Part shown: positions 40,701 through 52,700 of the stretch, in pieces
How positions within the stretch are numbered: position 1 is the stretch's first letter
Layout of the letters: every line of letters starts with the position of its first letter
NCBI GenBank assembly: GCA_002633005.1
Contig: NMRA01000024.1
Coordinates: forward strand, 1,349,776 to 1,413,775
Length of the DNA stretch: 64,000 nucleotides
Direction: 5' to 3'
Source of the DNA: Phoronis australis
Lineage: Eukaryota; Animalia; Phoronida
The notes under the pieces: generated by a model
What the model saw: only the letters and a program-made list of their open reading frames with translations
What the model was told of the DNA's origin: nothing
Database searches by the model: none
Translations under genes and position numbers: made by a program

Positions 40701-43700
40701 AAATCTACGAAGATCATATACTGACCAACCGCAGCAAGAGAAACCTACAAGGACCATATACTGACCAATCAGAGTGAAAGAAATCTACACTGGTCAATAT
40801 TCTGACCACTCAGAGCTTGAAAAATCTACAATGATCATATACTAACCAATCAGAACAAGAGAAATCTAAAATCATATACTGACCAATCAGAGCAAGAGAT
40901 TTGGTAGCATTGTATCGAACTTGTTCATCCTCATCTTTGTCTAGCCGGTCCTTGAGTGAATAGATGACAACGGCATCTCCACACTTCAATAAACCTAGGT
41001 GCTGAAATGGAATTGCCATGTATATCTGAGGTGATCTGATAACAGTGGCACGTCTCAAATTAAAAGATCTCGGGCATTATATAATAACCCTATGTCATAA
41101 AAATATTACACAAATCCATACAAACTATAAAGATATTGTTTTTAAGTTAAAAAGATTTTAAGATGGAAGAAAATTAATTTGCTACACAGAATATAATACA
41201 CATCGTGTTGAAACAAGTTTGAGTGAAAATTTATCTTTTTGTAAAAATAACACCACAGATCTCAAAGCAAAAATGTTTAACTCCCTACCTTGGCTGCATC
41301 ACGCCTTTCCTCATCTCGAGGGCTAACTAAATTGCAGTGGACAATATTCTGGAAAAAAGAAGAGAACTGGCTCGAGTGTTGAGAACCTTAAGCTACCAAC
41401 ATAAAGGAATACAAAGTTACAGGAATTTAACTCACACAAAGCAGTAACTAGTTCAAGAATGTTTCGAGTCTATTGGTAATTTCAGCACATGCAATAGGGC
41501 CATCCCAAATTACACGGCAATAGAACTCTAATTTGTTCTGGAGATAAGAAACCGTGACTTTGTTTTGGAGATCAAGCACATTTTTGGGTCCCTCATTAAT
41601 GTCAGGATGGCAAAGAACTTCACATCGCGCATCCATGGGTATTTGTCCAGTTTATCAAACTTTCTCGGAGTTGCAACCCACAGCACAGCAGTAATACTTC
41701 CTTTGCATTGGAAGAATGAACAGAGTAATGCAACTGAGAAAAAATGTAAAGAATCAGACAACAACAAATACCATGTGAAACTCCAATGGCACCAAAATGA
41801 GGCAGCAAATGTGTCTGACGAATGCCTGTTTACTGCATTGTGAGTAAATACAACGAGATTCGAGTGTCGCTGAGTAATCCTGGACAGTCCTATTACCAAA
41901 CTTACCTTCACCCTTTCCCACTTAAATCCAGAGTGTTCGAGCGCTCCTGAGTGGGATTTCATTTTCCTCCACTTAACAGGATCAGCTGTAAAAGCAAAGA
42001 ACAGTTAATGACCAGCAACAAGCCAAGCTTTGTACACATGATGAAGGATTAGATTTCATACAGTTCTGAATTCAAGAAAGGGCTGCAAGAACAGGGGAGT
42101 GGGAAAAAGGCACGTCCCCCAAAAAACTAGAACACCGAAATTATTGCTGATTTGTTGTGCAAAACTCCATTCATACAGTGGCAACACAGATGTTAATGAG
42201 CTTTACTCAAACTCTTGGTACAACACTTTTACAATTCCAGTGATCTCTTAAATTGTCAGTTATGAATCAGGTTAGAATACATGCGTTTGTTTTTGAAGTC
42301 ATGGCATTTTGCCTCAAAATAATCAAAAAATTATTGTAAAATTAAAAAGGTTTTTGGTGAAACTGCAGCTTGCCATTTCGGGGATTTCTCTCAAAATTTG
42401 GAGAACATTTACTTGGAAGATGAACTTGAGCCTCAAGCCAAATTTTTCACAAACAAATTTGCAAGTTTTATTCATTCTCTCTAATTTCACAAATATCACG
42501 GCATGACGACTATCAAAGGATAACCAAAAAGGGAAAGCCACAGTCTTTGGTAATATTGTCATTAAAGTTTGTACCATCATTTATATAAACGGCGTCTCAA
42601 TATTAATTACAGTTCTGCTGGTACACTTTATATTATGCAGGCAATATTCTTTATAAAACAAATCAACCAATACTTCAGTTTCTCCCAACCTATGTCCCAG
42701 TTAACAAATACTAAGAGTGAACACAGTTTGAACCACACCCAAACAAATACACCGTCCAGGAAACAGAAGTCTAAACTCCACACCTTAATAATATTGCATC
42801 CATAACTAGTATAACAGGTCAATCGCATTTCTTAAAACAAGTCTGCAATGCGAAGGATTGAAATGTGCCCATGACTGCACCGCAAACAGTATGTTTCTAC
42901 GTGTGTTTATTAATATCGTAAAAGTGGCTACTAGGTAGCACAGAATACGTTTAATATGTGGATGATTTCTCGCTTACACTGGTCACCCCTCACATTCCCT
43001 CAGCCCCAGACAACTTTTATGATGCCTATTCAGCACGCCCTTGTATTGATGTACACCCGAGCCAATGAAGTGGAAAGGTAATATCTAGCACCACTGTCTC
43101 AACAATGGTGGTTGTTATTACACCTAAATTGGTTTTCTCTGGCATTTGCACAGAGTTGACCTGCAACTGTGGAGAGTAGTTTTAACTTTTTGGTACATTT
43201 TGAATATTACAAAATGACTAAAAAAATTTAATTTGTTGTGTTTATCTTGACAAAGGTCCACTTCCCAAAAAAACAGTGGTTTTAAATGTGTTTCCGATAC
43301 CTGTTTTCGCCATTTCATTTTTGATACTCCTGTCCACTTGTTTTCTTTTCTTACAAGTTGATATCATATTTTTGTTTCATTTTTAAACTTGAAGTAAAAA
43401 ACAATGGTAGATTTTGATCACCAGCGAAACCTTAAATTACCCGGTAGTTAAGTTAAATTCGAACCCATCTCTGAGCTTTCCAACCTTACAGCTACACAAA
43501 ACATTTCATGGCAAACAAAACTACATGTGTCATTAGTTAAAAGTTTAATCTTTATTAGAACTCAAATCATAAAATACACACTAGCCAAACTGAAGATTTA
43601 GAATCTCTGGACAATTTTGATTGCACTGACTATGTAACTATTCTAGATTTTTGTCAGTCTTGAAAATGAAGAGTGGGCACAACTGCTGTTTTCTAGTCAA

Positions 43701-46700
43701 AAATCTGGTTAAACGAGAATGAAAGAGTATTAAAAGAATAATCTATGCATTGTTAACTCTGATCAGCATTAATTTTGTAAATCTACCGAGAACATCATTA
43801 CACACGGAGTCTTCAATTGTACCAAATGTTTGTAGTTTTAGCTCATTAGTTCATCAATTTTTGAAAATTGAAAACCACACTTGGTTGTTTTTTTCTAGCA
43901 GAACACCATCGTGGTGTTTGTTTTTAACAAAAATTCACCAGTATGTACAGTCAGAGATGGTTACTAAAGTTGATGGTCGGGTAATTACATGTAATTGGGT
44001 CTTGCTCGCACAGGACAATGAGGTCATCACAACCGTATCCGACCGGCGCCGCACTCTTTAATCCTAGGAAAAGCCGCTCAAGACGAGCGGTGAAAATTCC
44101 CGCTTGTCTTTAGAAATGCGTGGCCTTCCTTGTAAGCGTATTATTCACGGTATGATTTGAAAATGAAAAGACATTATCTTCTCTTTAATAGGAACCTGTA
44201 AATCTTATTCACACAGCCACCATTTTAGCAGTAAGTGAGCCTCTTTTAGGTTAAAAAACAATGCAATTGAGACAAAGATATAATGAGGCACGCAAAAAAA
44301 ATCCCACTTTGCGCTGTGATTAAGCACAGAGGTGATGCATTGTTTTTAAAACCTAAAAAGAGGCTCACTTTTAAAAAGGGGTTCAGACTGTATCAAATCC
44401 ATTCGAAATCAGGAAGGTGTTATTGTCACCTCAGTAAAAACATATTTGCTGAATTTCGTGAAAATCTGTCAGGGAACTGGCCAGATACATTGCCACTAGG
44501 GGGCACACCCGTAGTTGGAACACTCAAAAAATCAGCTGTCAGCTTCAAAGAAATACACTAAACAAATTTCAAGAAAATCCTCCAAGCAGTTAAGGAGATA
44601 CAGCTGCAGAAAATGCAGGATGCCCAGACAGAGGAGACTACAATATCCACCAACATCGGTATGTGGGTGCATAACTCCATAAACGTAGGATTTTTTCCTT
44701 TAACACTACAGCGCTACCTTTAGGTTTGGAATCCTCTTCATCGTTCAAAGTGTTTTCTTCATCTGTGCAGGTGAGAACACAAGGGTTAGTCATTGATAAA
44801 TCGTGCAAATCACACTCACGCCGTCGTGTGCAACTCTTGTGACTGTTAGAACAAACCAGTATTGAAATCACAGCCGCAACATTTACTATGAAATGGTCTT
44901 AGACAACAATGAATTAGCTGAACAGTTGATTACCAACTCTCACCATTTCACTCCTCAGATAACAAAATTTACATTTTCATATCTATTCAATGTGCAGCAC
45001 TTCCAAAAAGTCAGCACATACCAAAACTCTTTCATGAAAAATTCCCTTCAGTTTGCAAAACCATGCTGTTTCTTCTGATGTATATAGAACAAGTTATACA
45101 TTTTATCTCATACTAACTTGAGTTACATAACTAAATAACAAAAGAGAATTGAAAACAAATGAACAGTTTTTAGCATAAGGGGTAACAATGTTTATCAAAA
45201 TCGTATCAATAAAACATGTTGAACAAATATAGTTCACCACCTGATGAATCATCGTCGTAATCAATATTGTTGAAGCTTTCCCAAGACTCCATTATTACCG
45301 AGGTTAGTTGAAAGCTATCACACAGCACAATAAACTATTTTGACATCATGATGAGGTCATAGGTTAACACCTACCCATAATGCCTTTGAGTGCTCCCACT
45401 GTTTTGGCCATTGTGGCAAGGCGTTTCATTTTTGCAGACTGTTCGCGTCTAAAACCAAAATATCGAAGGATATTAAGTTTGGTTGACAGTTTTCAAGAAT
45501 TGTCATCTCCTAACAACTTGTGTGTGACGTCATGGATATCACACTGCATTGTTTGATAAAACTGAACAAAAGAGAAAGTTACAAGACTTGTACCTTTGTC
45601 TTTGGCTATAAAAACTTTGTGTGTCTAAAAAAGCTTTCCTTTGCAGCTCAACATACAAAATATACAAAAAAAATAAAATCAAAATATATTTCACAATAAG
45701 AGATTACATCTTGCTTTACAAATGGCGCCACCTGGTGGAAGGCTGTCACAAATTGAGTACAAGTGAAGAACCGAAACTTTCATTCAATTAAGCCTGTAAA
45801 GGTTGCTGGTCACAGTCAGTTAGTTTTAGAAGCCAGTGAAATTTCAGGCCCTTGACACAATTTCAATTTCACATATTGAGCAAAAGATAAGGACACAGTG
45901 ACGTTGCTTTGGAAGGGTAAATATGAGAGACACTATGATCACGCTTTAAGTCCCAGTGAAACATTTGGCTAGTACATTGTTTGTAGTATACAAACCGGAA
46001 ATGTTAATGTCAATGTGAAACATCTATTTGTTTTATATTTATATCAATACTGTACATGGTCAAATACTAACTTTAAGACATTGCTGAAATGGTGTTCACA
46101 GAGATTTTAAATGGTTAAAGCTGTTACTGCAACTTACTCTAAGTCTGTTCTATTGGGTGTTTTGGCCTTAGCACGACCTCTGTATAGTCTAAACTTGGTC
46201 TCTTCATACAAGTTTCTCTGGTCCACAATTCGTTCTGCAGGTCCTCTTTCATGGTCAGCAGTGGCAAAGGAACTGGACAGCCGAGGGTATTCTTGGTCTC
46301 TTTGCTGAAAAAAATAAGAGTTACGAAACTCCAATGTAACAGACAAGATTGAAGGACACTGATTCTTAAGTCTTTTGTTTGACACCCTTACAAAGTGAAA
46401 CTATATGCTAATTAGTACCATTTGTTCAGGGAAAGTTTCGAAAGTTTGGTGGTACACTGTACAGTGATTTTAAACAATCACACAGATATTGGTGATGGAT
46501 ATAAGAGACAAATGGAATGGGACAAGAAAACTTCTCGCATAGGAAACATTCCAAAATGAGAAGGTGCAGGCACTGTGCTCTTATGATAAACAAAACCTCT
46601 TGTTTACAAAAACAAACATAAGAATTACTAATATAGAACAATGCGTATAACAAATTACAACTAATACATAATCGGCAATAATACAAGGCAGGAATCAAAA

Positions 46701-49700
46701 TCTTGACTGTGATACATCAGATGAAGAAAGTATTTAGAACATGTGGTTGACAGATCTTTTGGTAGCAAGCTTCATAAAACACACACTGTAGCTACTACTT
46801 TAATTTTATTCAAACAAATGGTTAAAAAAGAAGCAACTAACTGTGTATGTGTTCATTCATACATTAAAGACAACAGATTCGCAACTCTAATATTTGCATA
46901 CAGAATTCCCAGAAGAGGCATTTCGTTGGTGATCAAATGACTTACTTGCCACAAGTAAATCCGTAATTCACACTAGGTGCTTCTAGTGACTAGTGACTTC
47001 TCGGCCAATAGTGTTGGCCGCACCTTGTGCGTACGACCACAGAATTTGTCCATTGAGAATATCAGAGTTAGCGGTCCATGTGCTACAGTTTATGGTTCAA
47101 TGAAGAATTAGTGAAAACACAATACATGTCAAGTCAAAAAACAATAACTCACCAGTCTGGACACAGGCAAGTGCTTTGGCGGTGGAATGGGTTTTGGGTA
47201 ATAAATCATACGCCCCGATTCCGTCGTTCCAAGACGCTCTTGATTTAGTGGGGGTAGTGCAATTGTGTCAGAGGTCGGAGGTCGTGAAACACCCGTCACT
47301 TGCTTCATCCCAGGCTACAACGGGATTGTTAAGTCAAAGGATTTGTATCAAATAACAATAACTATCCTCAGTTGAGATGACACTAAACGAGCAAATAAAA
47401 AGAACTGGATCAAGGTTAAACCCTTTAGGCTATGTAGGATTCTAGAAAAATCTCCAAATTTGGTAAAATTTGGAACATCGTACCTCAGAAATTGCTGACC
47501 AGGGCCCAGTTGCATAAAAGTTACACGCCGTATAGCAACAATTGCGTCGCATTATCACGCGTCACGTTGCTATTGTTGAACAATGCACCTGACGTCATGC
47601 AACAATCAAACTTATCCAGCGGATAACTTTTGAAGCTTAAATGCAACTCAGTTCTGGTTGACATGAAGCTCTCAGATATGCTTTATACAGTGTTCTCAAA
47701 AACACCGTTAGGAACTGTTTTTAAAATGTTACATTTTAGCATGAAAGGCTATCAGAAATAGGTCTGGATTATATTGATTTTCGAGAAAAAAAGCAAAAGC
47801 TGCAAGAAACGAAAACGAAATGATGATGTAGAAAACTGTATAGCCTTTCTGAGATTTCATCTTGCACATTTATACCAAACAAAATTTGGTCCTGTTTTTG
47901 ATACCGTCATTTCGCTATCGATGTACCTTAAAGTTTCCTTTTTCATAAATTTTATTAGGATGGTCACGTGATCCAATTAATGACGGAGTTGTAAACAGTA
48001 AGAAATACAATTAAACAGATTTTCTATAGTCATAAAATATTACTTTTAAAAATGAGAAAATGAAAATATTCTTTTGGAGGTATTTGGCTAAATACACAAA
48101 CTTGTCAATAAGTCCCACATGTACTTAACATATTTAATTTGAGAAATTACATCTCAGACCAGCATGATACCTCGACCAACAACGCATGCTATGAATAGAC
48201 AAGCTAATAGAATCATGCCGCACGACATCATGGACTGACAACATCTTTGAATAGTTGATGTGTGTCTGTGGTGGTAGAAGCAACAGCTGTCATAATCCGG
48301 GATTGACAGCGTCTGATAGTACTGTACCGAGGTAACGATAAAAGCGGGGAGTTGGTGGGATGCTTTTTGATTCCATTACAAGTTTTATGAGTTTGTAGTT
48401 ACGTTTAGAAAACATGGAAAAGTCCGTGTCTAACATGCCTTTAAATTGATTATCGTATTGCACTTTTGCATAACGTAAAAATTCATAGTTACCCTGTGAC
48501 AGAATTTGCAATAAAGAGAAGCCTATTGCAGCTGATACCTTGGCTCAAAGTACAAAACTTACCTTAGCGGGAGGGCTCTTCTCTCGTGACATAAGCGCTG
48601 GAAGAAATATATACTGATTTATAGCTATAATAAGCTCAATTATATGTATTCTCAATTTCCAAAACAAGCCTAGTGATGTGTGTAATACAGCACTTAAGCT
48701 TCACAGTCATACATAAGAGAAGATAAGTGTAGTGGATGGACTTTCTGCTTCCTCAAATACCACTGGAATGCACTGCAAGACTCTGAGACAGGTCACTAGA
48801 TCCTCAGCTCCACCTTAGTGAAGGAAAATGGTTTCAGATGCCTGGTGCAATGGGACAGACGAGAGCGGCCTACGCACCCCTGATGCAGCGTGTATTAAAC
48901 CACGTGCACTATTTCTTTACAGCCACACACAGTGCAGAATTAAAAAAAAATGTTTTATTTGTTCATGTTGTTTCTGTAACCTTTTTAGAGATCATACAAG
49001 GAGTCTGCATCTCTAATACCTTAGAATAAATACTATGGAATTGTTGGAGTTCACTCAATTAGTTGCACAGCTTCATAAATTGCCACCTCAAATTTGTCTG
49101 TCTGAATTATTGTACTTTGACATAACACTTTCAACGAGATTTAATAAAGCGATGAATACTTTCAGTCATCCAGTTGAGTAAATAATATGTAGAAAATTAA
49201 ATCAATTACTGGACTTACGGATTGAGTTGGATACATTGCGTCCTCCTCTCGAGGACTTCAGCAGGCCACCGAGATGTCACGTGACTCATGTTATCCACAG
49301 CACAGTTTGCAGGGAAACTCTTTAGTGCCCTATCCCATGTCCTTGGCAACAGAAACCTCAGGCCCCCTTGTCTGTTTAGGCAAGGATTCTCAACTAGCTC
49401 TTTCATAAGAAAAGGGGTGTCAAGGAAGCACTTTATGAAAGAGTAGAGAATCCTAGCCTAAACAGACAAGGGGGCCTGAGGTTTCTGTTGCCAAGGACGT
49501 GGAATAGGGCACTAAAGAGTTTCCCCCGCAAACTGTGCTTTGGATAACATGATGAGTCACGTGACATATCTCAGTGGCCTGCTGAAGTCCTCGAGAGGAG
49601 GACGCAACATAGCCAACTCAGTCCGTAAGTCCAGTAATTGATTTAATTTTCTACATATTGAAATTTAACAAACACTGATCGTGGCTTTAAAGTCATACAT

Positions 49701-52700
49701 AGCATCACCTTTTATCTAGAATAATATTTTTAATGAGTTATGGTCACTGTCTACATTCGTTACCAAATATTTGATTTTTTTGAAAAACTTTTTGAACTAT
49801 GAACAGTAGACCCAGAACACGGTAATATAACAAAATTTTAAAATCATTGAGTATCACAGAATCTTATTGCGCATGAAAACAATATTCAGACGTTCATGAT
49901 CACGTGACTGCATTTTTACTAAAAAATGCATTTTTTCACAAAGATGGCCTTATTTTCCATAAACTTAAATTTTTTCACTCGAAATTTGAAAATTGTGTTT
50001 CTTAGTTCCATTAGGTACAAAACAGTATCTGAGATTTCCTGTTAAGGCCTGTTAGCCAAAGAAATCCCCATTCAAAAATCAAGACTTCAAATTTTTTGAA
50101 AAAGCAGAAGTCTTGATTTTTGACATCGGATTTATTGGGCTCAAAGGCCATAAAATAAAATCACAGACACTGTTTTGTATAGTTTGCAAGTTTTGAGTGA
50201 AAAAAAAAACTAATTTGTGGAAAATATGGCGATTTCCATGAAAAATTGTGATTTTTCACAAAACTTCAAACACGTGATAACCAAAATCTCAACATTCATG
50301 CACAAAATAAGATTCTCTGATTCCCAAGGATTTTAAAAATATATAGTTTCATAGGTGTACTATAAATAGTTGAAAAGTTATATAAAAAGTCTCAAGTAAC
50401 GGAGGTACAGTGACCTTAAGCCTAGACAGCATTATATCTGGGAGCGGAATGGTAGGGAGCCAAATTTAGATGCCTTTAATACAATGAGATGGCACTTCTA
50501 ATTAACTCATTAGAAAGAACGCTGGACTGAGCTCATTGATTGCATCAGTGCTTAATTTCCACACAGTGAGCTTGATCTATTCTAGTCTGAAGTAGATAAT
50601 TTTTTTCCCTCTTTTTCCGCGGTACACTGTTTCAATTACTGTCCATCATATGGAATTTTTTTACCAATTAAGCACACAACATAACAGACATGTGAAATTC
50701 TTAATATTTTGTCAAATTTCTCACAAAAGATCAAGATTATGAGAAGAATTAGTTTCAGTTTACCCTCTGGTTCTTCATACTGCATTGATTGTATGGATGT
50801 CGCAACACAATATTCGGTGAAGTTTTCATTATGTCCAGCAAGGTAAACAGAACGACTTGAAAAATAGAAACATGGTAGTTTTGGCAATTAATCCTTTTGG
50901 GCTTGGAGAGAGTAAGTAGTCCCCATAGAAGCTAAGAATTTTGCAAACTGTTGTAAATCATGGATGTCATTCGCACACAATAGGCCTTCTGAAATTGACA
51001 AGCAAGGTCAGTGAAAGACATTCTTGTCAAGCCTGCTCTTAGTACACAACTGTCCCAAGCTGGCCTGTGTAAACAAGCACAGCTTAACAAAGGGTTTATG
51101 GTTCTGGCTGAGAAGATAATTGTTTTATTACTCCATGTGGACCAGTGAATAGCCAAGCCTTAAATAAGCATTTGTCACAGACTGACTAAATTGTCCCCCA
51201 CCACTGCAGGATGCATGAATATGGCAAGCGTGAGTGTTGCGTTGGTATTTGCCCCTTGCACTTTGGCTTAGTTCTGTATGTCCAGGTTTTTCAATTCACA
51301 GATGTCCAATTTTTCTTTTTCAAATGTTGCAAACTACGCATCATTTTTGATGGCTAGTGGGATTTCCTTATTTTGGCGAGCTCATTTCCTGTGACAGAGA
51401 TTTTACCAGGACACACCTGGCAAACTGATGTTATTCCAACAATCGAGCCTCCTTGACTGCTAATAAAGCAAAGAATAAAGAAATTAATGTAACATTAGCA
51501 ATACAGACAATAATTAAAATAAAGTCGTCACGTGGTTGTCTTACTTAATTTTGATGTTCCTTGGTTGTTATTACTTATTAAGTGATTGGGATCAACAGAC
51601 AACATGGCAGCATCGTAGACTCGTTGGTACATTTTGTGTATTCGCGCTGACAGATTATCCAAAGCCATTTTCTGAAATTGAATTACGGGACTAGATAATC
51701 GCAACAATAACAAAAATTAAACTAGAACATAAAAATCAAAACATACAGTCAAATAATACTTCAATTAAAAAACTTAATACAATTTTCTTTAATGATCGAG
51801 TTGGTTAAGCAACTGAATCATTCAATTAGGATGATATAGTTATTTATCACGGTGTAATTAATTGTAAAGTATCTGAGTTATAATCACACAAGTTTCCCAT
51901 AATTCACATTAAATCTACCAAATCAGCAACTGTTGAGTGCAGTCAGTTTTATGAATATATGACATTGTGCAAGAATTAAGTTTTAATTATAAGCGAATGC
52001 TAAACAGCAGGTGACAAAGACAGTAACTTGGTTCATGAACTAAACTTTCCTCATGATAGTTAATGCCTTTCTAATATATCATTACAGGCTGATTACTAGT
52101 CTAGTCCTTGTAAATTATAGTTACAAGTGTACTCTAGGACTCATTCCTTACAATGTGCATCAATTTAGTGACCTGCATAACGAACCAAGTGCTCATTTAA
52201 TAACTAAAATTATTAAAAACATTCGCAAAATTGCGCAGCAATCTAGCTGGCCTAATATCAACAGTGCCAAGTTTTCCCCTGAGACAAGTGTAATAGTTAT
52301 TCATGGTTGGGGTCAGCGCCAACAGGTGTCAGCACTACATGTATACAGTCAGGTGGATCCCCCAGCAGCATAGTGGCTAAGATGTGAGTCTGGGGTTTCT
52401 GTCTTAGCTTACTATTACTTTGCTGAGAAAACTCTTTGGCACTCCGATGTTAACCGCGTACGAGTGAATGGGGCACTTCGCAATCATTCAAACTGAAGTT
52501 GCATGACGCGAAGGGGCTTGTTTGACCTCAGGGGAAAACTAAGCTACGAACTGAGAAATACATAAAGCAAATTGAACCACAAAAAAACTGTAATTTGAAA
52601 ATAAATATCAAACCAAATTTTGAACTCACATCAGCATTCCTAGGGTATCAATCAGTTAACTGAAATTATTCAAATTGTGGTAACCAAATACTTCTGGGAG

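Noticed and set aside
20811-41985. Assignment as HEATR4
   Set aside because: Peptides match remembered HEATR9 motifs colinearly and not HEATR4; a BLASTP is needed to confirm
43281-43335. Possible exon ending MKWRKQ|gtatcg
   Set aside because: No polypyrimidine acceptor, and its phase-0 end is incompatible with the next exon
52413-52550. Exon-like segment with a good acceptor and gtaagc donor
   Set aside because: Stops in all three frames and not needed for phase continuity; a poison or terminal exon cannot be excluded without RNA data
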